From the NCBI GenBank assembly GCA_963786105.1, contig CAWAXX010000003.1, positions 1 through 64,000 of the forward strand: 64,000 nt of DNA, given 5' to 3'. Below the pieces are notes generated by a model that did not search any database, was not told where the DNA came from, and was given only the letters and a program-made list of their open reading frames with translations. Each line of letters begins with the position of its first letter. Position 1 is the first letter of the stretch. Positions 10,063 to 19,740 of the stretch are shown here, one piece after another. Position numbers and translations under genes: made by a program. Source of the DNA: Vulcanimicrobiota bacterium (lineage in GTDB: Bacteria; Vulcanimicrobiota; Vulcanimicrobiia; Vulcanimicrobiales; Vulcanimicrobiaceae).

Positions 10063-11607
10063 CTATTCGGTGTCGACGGGGGTGTTCGAGGGCGGCCGCG
10101 TCAGGAAGTATCGGCGATCGTGATTCTTATTTAGCAGCTTGATCGGCACGAACGGGCGCGGCTTCTGCTGAAAGTTGAATGCGTCGTTGATGTTGTTCGC
10201 GCGGACGTCGGTCGTGCCCAGGCTGGGTAAACCGAACGTCGCCTCAACGAACTTCAAGAGGCTGCCGAACTCGAATTGCGTGTGCGCGACGTAGCCTTTT
10301 TTCGAATACGGCGACACGATAATCATCGGAACGCGGAATCCGAGCCCCGTGTAATCCATGTGCGGCGGCGGCACGTGGTCGTAGAATCCGCCCCAGTCGT
10401 CCCACAGAATGATGATGGCGGTCGAATTCCAGTACGAACTCTGACCGATCGCGTTGACGACCGAAGCGACCCAATCCGGTCCATTGTCGACCATTTTGCC
10501 GTCGACGAGAGCGTAGTGATCTGAATCTTCATTGTCGGGAATCACCCAGGAAACGGCCGGCAGCGTCACGCCGCCGCTCTTCGGGCTCGGCACGGGACAC
10601 GGGCTCGCAGTCGAACCGGCAACGTCGCAGAGCACGTTCGTTTCCGGCCACGAGACGCAACTCGTGGAACACGTCCACGGGCCGGACTTGTGCGGCCATT
10701 CACTTGAATCGTAACGCACCGCGGAAATCGCGTCAAAAGCGTTCCACATCTGACCGCCGTCTTTTGGAAAAATGGGAACGTAGTATTTCCATGAGATGCC
10801 CTTTGCGTCGAGCAAATCCCGAATCGTCGAATACGAGAAGCACGGCGGAGCCCCTTGGTAGATATATTTGTGCATCGTCGTAAGCAGCGGCACGTACGAC
10901 GGTCCGTTCGGGGGATTTTTTGGATCGTCGCATCCCCAGTTTTCGATGTTACTGGGATTGTGCGGATAGTCGACGGCGCTCTCCGTACGGCTGACTTTCG
11001 TATTCCCGCGAATCAAGTCCTGATGTGCGGTAAAGCTGCCGCTCGCTTCGGTTGGAAACGTGCGATCGGCGAGCACGTATTGCGTCGCCATGTCCCAATA
11101 CGGTTGAATCTGCTCTTCAGCCACAACGCGATATGGATACAGCATCGCCGGTTGACCGAAACTCACACCGTCATCCCAATAGAACCCGTCGAGCTTGCCG
11201 CCATCGTACTCGGTGAGGAACGCGGGACAATAGCGGTGGTCGGGATCTAACGCCGGGAGCGGCATACCGAGTTGCAGTTTGATCGGCGTCGGGGTGGGAC
11301 CCGGGCTCGGCGTCGGAAACGCTGCCGGGCACGGGCTCGACGCGTTTCCAGGCGTTGGCTGCGGCTGCGCTCCGGGCCCAGGGGCTTCCTTCACGCAATC
11401 GGTTCCAGGAAAGCAGTCGAAAAAGTTGTCGAAGCTGCGGTTCTCTTGAACGATGATGACAACGTGCTTGATCTTGCCGCGGCTGTCGTTGAACGAACCG
11501 ACCGCAGGCAGGAACGATTTCGCGGACATCGGCCCGACGGGACGCATCGTGCAGCCTGCAACCGCGAGCGACGCCAACATGATAGCCGAAAACCAGTTGC
11601 GCTTCAT
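10063..11607 (-). CDS. Phosphoesterase/phospholipase C family lipoprotein (paralog 1)
   Basis: Lipobox LAVAGC; KHVVIIVQENRSFDN, WDDWGGFYDHV, GFRVP. Confidence 0.9.
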   Translation of the reverse strand: MKRNWFSAIMLASLAVAGCTMRPVGPMSAKSFLPAVGSFNDSRGKIKHVVIIVQENRSFDNFFDCFPGTDCVKEAPGPGAQPQPTPGNASSPCPAAFPTPSPGPTPTPIKLQLGMPLPALDPDHRYCPAFLTEYDGGKLDGFYWDDGVSFGQPAMLYPYRVVAEEQIQPYWDMATQYVLADRTFPTEASGSFTAHQDLIRGNTKVSRTESAVDYPHNPSNIENWGCDDPKNPPNGPSYVPLLTTMHKYIYQGAPPCFSYSTIRDLLDAKGISWKYYVPIFPKDGGQMWNAFDAISAVRYDSSEWPHKSGPWTCSTSCVSWPETNVLCDVAGSTASPCPVPSPKSGGVTLPAVSWVIPDNEDSDHYALVDGKMVDNGPDWVASVVNAIGQSSYWNSTAIIILWDDWGGFYDHVPPPHMDYTGLGFRVPMIIVSPYSKKGYVAHTQFEFGSLLKFVEATFGLPSLGTTDVRANNINDAFNFQQKPRPFVPIKLLNKNHDRRYFLTRPPSNTPVDTE

Positions 11608-11615
11608 CGATGTCC

Positions 11616-13136
11616 TTACTGCGTGTCGACCGGTTCGTTCGATTGAGCGCGGTGCAGGAAGTACCAGCGACCGTGATTGCCGTTGCGGAGCTTGATCGGT
11701 TTGAAGCGATGGGGGGGCTGCGATAGGTTGAAGACGTCGGCGATGCTGTTTGCACGAACGTCGGTGGTGCCCAAATTCCCTACCGAGAACGTCTCTTCGA
11801 TAAACTTCAGAATGCTGCCGAATTCGTACTGGGTGTGCGAAACGTATCCACGTCTGGAATACGGCGAGATAACCATCATCGGCACGCGAAAGCCGAGGCC
11901 TTCATAGTCGAGTTTCGGCGGTGGAACGTGGTCGTAGAACCCGCCCCAATCGTCCCATACGACGACGATGGCCGTCGAGTTCCAGTATGAACTCTCACCA
12001 ATCGCATTCACGACTGAAGCGACCCAATCCGGACCGTTGTCTTCCGACGGCACCGAACCGCCGCCGTGATCGGAGTCGACGCCGTCCGGGATAACCCACG
12101 ATACCTCCGGGAGGACGATCTGGCCGGTAGGTTTGGGCGCCGGACACGGACTCGCGGTCGACCCCGCGACGTCGCACAGAACGTTCGTCTCCGGCCAAGA
12201 GACGCAGCTGTTTACGCAGTTGAACTTGGCTTTATTCGGCCATTCGCTCTTGTCGTGGCGCACCGCGTCGATCGCGGCGAACGCATTCCACAGCTGGCCG
12301 CCGTTATTAGGCCACGTCGGTACGTAGTATTTCCACGTCACGCCCTTTGCGTCGAGGAGATCGCGGATCGTCGAGTACGAAAAGCACGGAAACGGTCCTT
12401 GGTTGTACAGGTACTGCTTGGTCGAAGTCAGCAACGACGTCACCGATCCCGGCGAATCGTCGCAGCCCCAACCTTGAAAACCTTGGGAATTCCACGGATA
12501 GTCGACCACCATGGCGTTTTGCTGAACCTGGGTGTTGCCGCGAATCAAATCTTGGTGCGCAGTGAAGCTTCCGCTGGCTTGCGTCGTAAAAGTCCGGTCG
12601 GCGAGGACGTACTGCGCCGCCATATCCCAGTACGGTTGGATCTTGTGCCGATCGACCACTTGGTACGCATAGGTCTTGGCGATGTGGTCGGAGCTATGCA
12701 AGGAAGCGCCCCAGTAGAATCCGTCCTGTTTGCCGCCGTCGTAATCGGTAAGGAACGCGGGACAGTAGCTGTGGTCGATGTCCGAGGATTTCAACTCGTA
12801 GTCGAATTTCAACTGAATCGGCGTCGGGCTCGGCCCGGGACTCGGCGTAATCAGCGTCGGGCAGGGGCTGCTTTGCGAACCCGGCGACGGTCGCGGCCCC
12901 GGACCGGGAGCGCTCGTCACGCAGTCCGTGCCCGGAAAGCAGTCGAAAAAATTATCGAAACTGCGGTTCTCTTGAACGATGATGACGATATGCTGGATTT
13001 TACTCTGACCGGCGCGGAGCTGCGGTACGAATCCCGGATTTCCCGCGTTCCCGCCAGGCCCGGTACCGGAAGACGAACACGCCGCCACCGCCAATGCAGT
13101 AACGAACGCGATCGAGACGACGTGTTTGCTCGTCAT
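11616..13136 (-). CDS. Phosphoesterase/phospholipase C family lipoprotein (paralog 2)
   Basis: Start re-set to MTSKHVV; lipobox VAAC; QENRSFDN, WDDWGGFYDHV. Confidence 0.9.
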   Translation of the reverse strand: MTSKHVVSIAFVTALAVAACSSSGTGPGGNAGNPGFVPQLRAGQSKIQHIVIIVQENRSFDNFFDCFPGTDCVTSAPGPGPRPSPGSQSSPCPTLITPSPGPSPTPIQLKFDYELKSSDIDHSYCPAFLTDYDGGKQDGFYWGASLHSSDHIAKTYAYQVVDRHKIQPYWDMAAQYVLADRTFTTQASGSFTAHQDLIRGNTQVQQNAMVVDYPWNSQGFQGWGCDDSPGSVTSLLTSTKQYLYNQGPFPCFSYSTIRDLLDAKGVTWKYYVPTWPNNGGQLWNAFAAIDAVRHDKSEWPNKAKFNCVNSCVSWPETNVLCDVAGSTASPCPAPKPTGQIVLPEVSWVIPDGVDSDHGGGSVPSEDNGPDWVASVVNAIGESSYWNSTAIVVVWDDWGGFYDHVPPPKLDYEGLGFRVPMMVISPYSRRGYVSHTQYEFGSILKFIEETFSVGNLGTTDVRANSIADVFNLSQPPHRFKPIKLRNGNHGRWYFLHRAQSNEPVDTQ

Positions 13137-13295
13137 GGTAGCGAATAGTCGAAGAGAGCATCGCACACGAGATGGAAAAAACCGCTGCGCACGATCGTGA
13201 ACGTTATCGGTTTCGCGCGGCCGGCCCTTCTCGGTTCGCGCAAGCACTAGCGAAGATTGACTGCCGTCAACTTCTGCTTTTTGCGTAAGGCGGTC

Positions 13296-14150
13296 TTACT
13301 TATTCTTAAACTTAGCGACGCGCTTTTCGTTGTATGCCGCGAGGCCCTCTTTTGCGTCTTCGCTCTTGAACAACAGCGATTGAAGCTCGCGTTCGATCGC
13401 GAGCGCATCTTGCAACGGTAATTCCGCGCCGGTTTGCACGCTGCGTTTGATATGCCCGACGGCCATCGGCGCTTTGTTCGGCGAACAGAACTGCTTGGCA
13501 TATTCGACGATCTGACGGCGAAAATCTTCCGCCGAGCCTTCGTAGATGTCGTTGACGATGCCCCAGTCGAGGGCTTGTTCGAAGCTGACGGTTTTGCCCG
13601 TCACCATCAACTCGATCGCACGAGATTTTCCGACCAGACGCGCGAGGCGCTGGGTGCCCCCGGTACCGGGGAGCACGCCGAGCGCGACCTCCGGAAGACC
13701 GATCTTGCCGGCATCCTGTCGAGCGATGCGGACGTCGGCGGCCATCGCAATCTCGAGGCCACCGCCGACGGTGTGGCCGTTGAGCGCGGCGATCACCAAC
13801 TTCGGGGTTTGCTCGAAGCGGTTGAGCGTCTCGTTGGCGTGCAGGCAGAACATGTACTTAAATTCGGGCGTGACGGCGTTGAGCATCCCGATGTTTGCTC
13901 CCGCCGAAAAGAATTTTTCGCCTTTTCCGGTGAGAACGATCACCTCGACGTCGGAATCGAAACGTGCGTCGAGAATCGCGTCGTCGAGCTGGCGCATCAT
14001 CTCGTGGGTGTAGGTATTGGCCGGTGGATCGTCCATCTCGATGAATCCGACGTGCCCGTCTTTCCAGTAGTTGATGACGCGCTTACCGTCGAACGGACGC
14101 GCCTCGCGTCCGAACGCCGTTTGCGTTGCGCCGTTTGCGATCGTGCTCAT
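13296..14150 (-). CDS. Enoyl-CoA hydratase/isomerase (crotonase) family
   Basis: [40 protein letters not shown] overlap with upstream gene. Confidence 0.92.
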   Translation of the reverse strand: MSTIANGATQTAFGREARPFDGKRVINYWKDGHVGFIEMDDPPANTYTHEMMRQLDDAILDARFDSDVEVIVLTGKGEKFFSAGANIGMLNAVTPEFKYMFCLHANETLNRFEQTPKLVIAALNGHTVGGGLEIAMAADVRIARQDAGKIGLPEVALGVLPGTGGTQRLARLVGKSRAIELMVTGKTVSFEQALDWGIVNDIYEGSAEDFRRQIVEYAKQFCSPNKAPMAVGHIKRSVQTGAELPLQDALAIERELQSLLFKSEDAKEGLAAYNEKRVAKFKNK

Positions 14151-15271
14151 GCCAGGTTTCCTTTCGGAGCGATCCAGTTTGGGTTCTTGAAATAATCGGC
14201 AAGCTTAGCGTCGTCGCCGGCCATCGGCAGGACGGTCGGTGCGTACGCTTCCCACTCTTCTTCGGTGAGTTTTCTTCCGTCGACCGCGTAACGCTGACCG
14301 GCGTAGTCCCCGATCTTCCGATTGAAACGCATATCGGGCACGTACAGCTTGGTCTCGCCGGCGGCAACTTCGTTCACGCGCGCGACTGTGCCCAAGATTT
14401 CGTCGTAGAATTGCCGCCGCGCGCGTTCGTTGAGGTGCTCCTTATCGACCGGGTCGCCGGTTTTGTCTTCGTCGACGCGCCCCTTGATGCCCCAGGTGTA
14501 CGCCCACTGCGCCGACCCCGAATGGTCCGTGCCAAACAGATCGAGCGATCCCGAAATCCACTTGTTGTAGTACTTCTGCTGAACGGCGGCGGGAATGACA
14601 CCGGCTTTGGCGATGCGGCGCAGCCCGGTGATGCCGGTGCCCATATGATAGGACTCTTCCTTGAGCATCGGGCCCATCGAAGCGGCCAACGGAGCGAAGC
14701 TCGAGTGCGCCAGCATCGTCAGCTGGAACTTCCCGTCGCGGTCCATGAAGTTCGTGTAGGCAAAGAAGTCGAGCCAGTGGGTAACGTCTTCGTTGAACGC
14801 GTTGAGCAACCGGTTCTTCTTACCAAACGCGCGCCGTTCGAGCAGCTTCTGCGCTTCGATCTTTCCCTCGCTGCCGAACTGATCGACGAGCAGGTGGCAC
14901 ATCTGATAGCCGTGCCGCGTCTCTTCTACCATGATGCGCACCAACGACGCGAGGTCGTATTCGCTGGGGGCGTTGTTCACGAGAAAACGCTGTTGTTCGT
15001 TTGAAGCAAATTCCGTGTCGCCTTGATAGACGACCATGTTCAGCACGGCGTCGCGCATGCGCTGATCCGGAATCTCGCGCACCTTCTCCCAGCGCCGGTC
15101 GCCCTTGAAATCGCCGAAATAGATTTCAGGAGTCGGCAGCTCGCCGTATTTTGCTTCGAACGCGTATCCCGGCATGAACCGCTCGATCAGCTCCCGGTCG
15201 AGGCCGATGTCGTGTTGCCATTCCTTGAGGAGATCGATCCAGTCGTCGAAGGTAGCGATGCGCGCGGCCAT
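14147..15271 (-). CDS. BoxB-like / PaaA-C family diiron aroyl-CoA epoxidase subunit
   Basis: QGDTEFASNEQQ, EETRH and EESYH diiron ExxH motifs, DRDGKFQL, LDLFG; 374 aa, shorter than typical BoxB. Confidence 0.8.
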   Translation of the reverse strand: MAARIATFDDWIDLLKEWQHDIGLDRELIERFMPGYAFEAKYGELPTPEIYFGDFKGDRRWEKVREIPDQRMRDAVLNMVVYQGDTEFASNEQQRFLVNNAPSEYDLASLVRIMVEETRHGYQMCHLLVDQFGSEGKIEAQKLLERRAFGKKNRLLNAFNEDVTHWLDFFAYTNFMDRDGKFQLTMLAHSSFAPLAASMGPMLKEESYHMGTGITGLRRIAKAGVIPAAVQQKYYNKWISGSLDLFGTDHSGSAQWAYTWGIKGRVDEDKTGDPVDKEHLNERARRQFYDEILGTVARVNEVAAGETKLYVPDMRFNRKIGDYAGQRYAVDGRKLTEEEWEAYAPTVLPMAGDDAKLADYFKNPNWIAPKGNLA

Positions 15272-15299
15272 GGTGAGATTACCCGTGCTTCAGCGTGTG

Positions 15300-15336
15300 A
15301 CGGATTTTTGACGATCCGTTGGAATATTGTCATACT
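15300..15336 (+). promoter_or_regulatory. Sigma70-like promoter of paaX overlapped by inverted repeat (candidate operator)
   Basis: TTGACG(15308-13)-N17-CATACT(15331-36), 7 nt before ATG; ACGGAT(15300-05)-N8-ATCCGT(15314-19). Confidence 0.55.
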
Positions 15337-15343
15337 AGGTCCG

Positions 15344-16216
15344 ATGACGGCGCCTGTCAACCGTGAAATCCGGCCAGTACTGCGGCCAAACTCGTTCATT
15401 TTTACGTTGTACGGGGATCTAGTCCACCGGGCCGGCCGCGGCGACGATGCCGGCGCGTCGCTTTGGATCGGTGGGCTGATCGCGCTGATGGCGCCGTTCG
15501 GCATTTCGGCGGCCGCCGTTCGCCAGGCGGTCTCCCGGATGTCGCGGCAAGGTTGGCTCGTCGCCTATCGAGCAGGCAACCGAGCGTTTTACTCGGTGAC
15601 CGAGCGCGGACGGCGGCGAATCGCCGACCTGAGCCCGCGGATTTACGGACCGGTTATCGAGTGGGACGGCCGCTGGCGCCTGCTGACGTTTGCGCCCGGA
15701 AACGGCGGACGCCAAGCGCGCGACCGGCTGCGACAAGAACTTGGCGTACTTGGTTGGGCTCCGCTGTCGGCATCAACCTGGGTCTCACCCGCCGACTCCC
15801 TCGAAGCCGCTCGCGCGGCCGCCGAAGCCAGTGGCCTGGCTGAGGGCGCGCATGCGTTCGCCGGACGCTATGCCGGTCCGCTGAGCGACCGCCAGCTCGT
15901 CGAGCACTGTTGGAATCTCGAGGCGATCGCGACCGCGTACCGCGAGTTCGTCGCGCGCTACCGCCCTCGTCTTGCTGAGGAACGCGAGCGAGGCGGGCTC
16001 GCCGACGAAGGCGCGTTCGTCGAGCGCCTGTGGCTGGTGCACGACTATCGAAAGTTCGCCTATCTCGACCCCGGGCTGCCAAGCGAACTGGTACCCGCTC
16101 ATTGGCCCGGCACGACCGCCGCCGCCGTATTTCGCGAATACTACGCCGCCCTCGACGGGAAATCGCAGCGCTACTTTCACAGCCGGACTGGTGCGACGCA
16201 AGCGATTAGGGATTAA
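15344..16216 (+). CDS. paaX: PaaX family transcriptional regulator
   Basis: SFIFTLYGD, VRQAVSRM, WDGRWRLL, LDPGLPSELVPAHWPG. Confidence 0.92.
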   Translation: MTAPVNREIRPVLRPNSFIFTLYGDLVHRAGRGDDAGASLWIGGLIALMAPFGISAAAVRQAVSRMSRQGWLVAYRAGNRAFYSVTERGRRRIADLSPRIYGPVIEWDGRWRLLTFAPGNGGRQARDRLRQELGVLGWAPLSASTWVSPADSLEAARAAAEASGLAEGAHAFAGRYAGPLSDRQLVEHCWNLEAIATAYREFVARYRPRLAEERERGGLADEGAFVERLWLVHDYRKFAYLDPGLPSELVPAHWPGTTAAAVFREYYAALDGKSQRYFHSRTGATQAIRD

Positions 16217-16273
16217 CCAGCGCCTTATAAAAGGAAACGGACCGTGGCCAAGCTGCGTCGAAGCGACCCGGCC

Positions 16274-16672
16274 ATGCCCAAACGCGTCATGATCCTTTTG
16301 GCCGTAATCTCGCTCGGAGTGGCCATTCCGGCGTGCAGCAACAACAACAGCACGGGGTCGGTGTCACCGGTACCCACCGTGTCCCTCACGCCAAACCCGC
16401 AACTGACGGCCGCGACGATCACGGTAACCATCTTGCAGACGCCGGCCGCGAACATTTCGGTCCAAGAATCGACGCCGAAGTCGTCGTCGAGCCCGCGTCC
16501 GGGCACGCCGTTCGCGACCCAGAATACGGGCAAAAAGGGCATGACGAAGTTCACCCACCTCAAACCGAATCAGACCTATTGTTGGGTTGCCGTCCTCGGG
16601 CCGCATCAGACGTCGTCGCAGTGCGCGAGCTGGGAGATCTGGCAGTATCAACCGATCCCGCTCGGCACGTAG
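16274..16672 (+). CDS. Hypothetical lipoprotein
   Basis: Lipobox IPAC; S/T/P linker then beta-rich domain; resembles 61247..61639. Confidence 0.7.
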   Translation: MPKRVMILLAVISLGVAIPACSNNNSTGSVSPVPTVSLTPNPQLTAATITVTILQTPAANISVQESTPKSSSSPRPGTPFATQNTGKKGMTKFTHLKPNQTYCWVAVLGPHQTSSQCASWEIWQYQPIPLGT

Positions 16673-16691
16673 GTACGCCGGCTCCCGGAGT

Positions 16692-17018
16692 TTAGTCTTC
16701 GTCGTCTTGCAAGTGCAGGTGGGAACCTTCGTCCGCATCTGAAAGCACGTCGCGAGCCTCGGCCAAAACGGCGGTCGACAGTGGCCGGTGCGGCGACTGG
16801 ATCGAGCCCTCCTCGGCGAGAAATCCGGCTTCGCTCCACTCCTCCCACGTCTCGAGCGGTTCGCCATCGAGTTGGGCCGGGAAGCGCACGCAGAAACCCT
16901 GTTCGACGTGCATGCCGACCACCAGGACGCGGGTTCCTCGCGGAAAGTACGTGCCGTCTTTCCATAGCGTCCCGTACGTCGCGTCGTAATACTGACCGAT
17001 TTTAACTACTTCCGCCAT
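16692..17018 (-). CDS. Hypothetical protein
   Basis: MAEVVKIG start 7 nt after ALDH stop; acidic C-tail. Confidence 0.65.
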   Translation of the reverse strand: MAEVVKIGQYYDATYGTLWKDGTYFPRGTRVLVVGMHVEQGFCVRFPAQLDGEPLETWEEWSEAGFLAEEGSIQSPHRPLSTAVLAEARDVLSDADEGSHLHLQDDED

Positions 17019-17025
17019 CCTGCAC

Positions 17026-18522
17026 CTATACCCCGAACGGGTCCATCGGCTTCTCGCCGATGAAGGTGAGCACGCTCTTGGTTTCGCTGTAGGCTCGCAT
17101 CGTTTCCATCCCGAGTTCGCGCCCATAACCGGAGTGCTTGTAGCCGCCGAACGGGACGCCGGGAAAAATGGCGTACGGCGTGTTGATGGCGACCGTGCCG
17201 CTGCGAATCCCGCGCGCGACGCGGTTGGCGCGCCCGATGCTTTGCGACCAGACGCTCGCCGACAGGCCGTAGTCGCTATCGTTGGCGAGCGCGATCGCTT
17301 CGGCTTCGGTTTCAAACCGTACGAACGTCGCCACCGGGCCGAAGATTTCTTCGCGCGCGACGCGATGCTCGTTTGACGCTTCGAACGCGGTCGGACTCCA
17401 AAACATCCCGTCGTTTAAGGCTTGTTCGAGATCGTCGGGCACGCGTCCGCCGAGCAAGATTTTGGCACCTTCGGCGATTCCGATCTCGCAGTACGCCTTG
17501 ATTTTCTCGTGCTGCTCGCGCAACGTGATGGCGCCCACTTGCGTGGCGGGATCTTCCGGATGGCCGACTTTGAGCTTGCGCGATTTCTGGACAAAAGCGG
17601 CAACGAACTCGTCGTAGATGCCGGCCTGCAGGAATATACGCGAACGCGCTTCGCAGGATTGGCCGGCGTTGTAGTAGATGCCATAGAGCGCGCCGTTCAC
17701 CGCCGCATCCAGAGCGGCATCGTCGAAGACGAGCGACGGCGACTTTCCCCCAAGCTCCAGGGTAACGCGCTTGAGCGTCTGCGCCGCCGACGCGGCGACG
17801 AGTTTTCCGGTGGCTGTCGAGCCCGTGAACGCAATTTTGTCCACTCCGGCATGCTCGACGAGCCACGCTCCGAGTTCGCGCCCCGACGCGGTGACCACGT
17901 TTAGAACCCCTTCAGGAACGCCGGCCTCGAGCGCAATTTTCCCGAGTTCGATTGCAGTGAGCGGCGTCGAGGGTGCCGGTTTGAGGACGATCGTGCATCC
18001 GGCAGCGAGCGCCGGGGCGACTTTCCATGAAGCCAGCAGCAATGGGAAGTTCCACGGAACGATCGCGCCGACCACGCCTACCGGTTCTTGAACCGTCGCG
18101 GCCAAATACGTCGGAAGCGGCGGCGGCATCGACTCCCCGTAGTTTTTGGTCGCCGCGCCTGCGTAGAACTCGTAACAATCGACGATCGCGCCGATTTCGC
18201 CTTTGGCGGTTGAAATGGGTTTGCCGTTATCGCGCACTTCCAGCAACGCGAGCTCTTTCGCACGCTCGCCGATGAGCTGCGCCATTTTGTACAGGATCTT
18301 CGCCCGGCGCGATGCCGCCATCGTCGGCCATTTTCCGGTGTCGAACGCTTTGCGCGCACTGGCGACCGCGGCGTCGAGATCGGTCCGAGACGCTTCCGCC
18401 ACTTCCGCAAGCAGCGCACCGGTTGCCGGATTGCGATCGTCGTAAAAGGCGCCTGCGGATGGATCGCGCCACGCTCCGCCGATCAATAACTGCGTCCTGC
18501 TAGGGGTCGCGATGGTCGTCAT
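17026..18522 (-). CDS. Aldehyde dehydrogenase
   Basis: PWNFP, FTGSTATG, LELGGKSP, NAGQSC, EEIFGP. Confidence 0.95.
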   Translation of the reverse strand: MTTIATPSRTQLLIGGAWRDPSAGAFYDDRNPATGALLAEVAEASRTDLDAAVASARKAFDTGKWPTMAASRRAKILYKMAQLIGERAKELALLEVRDNGKPISTAKGEIGAIVDCYEFYAGAATKNYGESMPPPLPTYLAATVQEPVGVVGAIVPWNFPLLLASWKVAPALAAGCTIVLKPAPSTPLTAIELGKIALEAGVPEGVLNVVTASGRELGAWLVEHAGVDKIAFTGSTATGKLVAASAAQTLKRVTLELGGKSPSLVFDDAALDAAVNGALYGIYYNAGQSCEARSRIFLQAGIYDEFVAAFVQKSRKLKVGHPEDPATQVGAITLREQHEKIKAYCEIGIAEGAKILLGGRVPDDLEQALNDGMFWSPTAFEASNEHRVAREEIFGPVATFVRFETEAEAIALANDSDYGLSASVWSQSIGRANRVARGIRSGTVAINTPYAIFPGVPFGGYKHSGYGRELGMETMRAYSETKSVLTFIGEKPMDPFGV

Positions 18523-18537
18523 GGTTGGCGTATCGTT

Positions 18538-19740
18538 CTACTCCATTCGTTCGAAGATCGTTGCGATTCCCTGACCGACGCCGATGCACATCGTCGCCAT
18601 GCCGTACCGCCCGCGTCGCCGCCGCAACTCGTGCAAGAGGGTGGCGGCGATGCGCGCGCCGCTCGCACCGAGCGGATGGCCCAGCGCGATGGCGCCCCCG
18701 TTGACGTTCGTCTTCGCCGGATCGAACGCCAGTTCGCGCACGCACGCCAGCGCCTGCGACGCAAACGCTTCGTTGAGTTCCACGAGGTCGAGATCCCTTA
18801 CGTTCATCTCCGCCAGGGCCAACGCTTTGCGAGCTGCCGGAATCGGGCCCAGCCCCATAACATCGGGAGCGACGCCGGCGGATGCGCTGGCGACGACGCG
18901 CGCGAGCGGAGCGAGACCGAGCCGTCGCGCCGCCGCGGCCTCGCACAACAGTACGGCGGCGGCGCCATCGTTAATTCCCGAAGAGTTCCCGGCGGTGACC
19001 GTACCGTCGCGCTTGAACGACGGCTTGAGCGCGGCGAGCGTCGCGAGCGTCGTGTCGGGGCGCGGATGTTCGTCGGCGACGACCTCGCGCTCGCCGCTTT
19101 TGGTTTCGACGCGCACCGGTACGATTTCGCGAGCGAAGCGTTGGCTTTCCACGGCTTTTTTCGCACGCATCTGCGATTCGAAAGCGAACTCGTCTTGCGC
19201 GGCGCGGCCGATGCCGTAGCGTTCGGCAATTTTTTCGGCAGTCTCGCCGAGCGAGATCGTCCACCGGGCTGGCATCCTGGGATTAATCATGCGCCAGCCC
19301 AGGACGGTATCAAACAGTTCCTGGTTTCGTCCGAACGGTGCGGCGCTTTTCGCCAGCACGTACGGCGCGCGCGTCATCGATTCGACGCCGCCGGCGACGA
19401 TCGCGTCCGCCTCGCCGAACGCGATAGCCTGCGCTGCCGAATTGATCGCTTGAAGGCTGGAGCCGCAGAGCCGGTTGAGGGTGACGCCCGGAATCTCTAC
19501 GGGTAAACCGGCCAGCAGCACGGCCATGCGTGCAACGTTTCGATTGTCCTCGCCGCTGGCGTTGGCGGCGCCGAAGTATACGTCGTCGATGCGATCGTGC
19601 GGGATCTGCGTACGATCCACGATGGCGCGCACGACGAGCGCCGCCAAATCGTCAGGGCGAATGCTTGCGAGCGCGCCGTTGTAGCGACCTATCGGCGTTC
19701 GCAACGCATCGATCACCCATACCTCACGGCCGTGCGGCAT
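18538..19740 (-). CDS. Thiolase (PaaJ/PcaF-like)
   Basis: [43 protein letters not shown]. Confidence 0.92.
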   Translation of the reverse strand: MPHGREVWVIDALRTPIGRYNGALASIRPDDLAALVVRAIVDRTQIPHDRIDDVYFGAANASGEDNRNVARMAVLLAGLPVEIPGVTLNRLCGSSLQAINSAAQAIAFGEADAIVAGGVESMTRAPYVLAKSAAPFGRNQELFDTVLGWRMINPRMPARWTISLGETAEKIAERYGIGRAAQDEFAFESQMRAKKAVESQRFAREIVPVRVETKSGEREVVADEHPRPDTTLATLAALKPSFKRDGTVTAGNSSGINDGAAAVLLCEAAAARRLGLAPLARVVASASAGVAPDVMGLGPIPAARKALALAEMNVRDLDLVELNEAFASQALACVRELAFDPAKTNVNGGAIALGHPLGASGARIAATLLHELRRRRGRYGMATMCIGVGQGIATIFERME

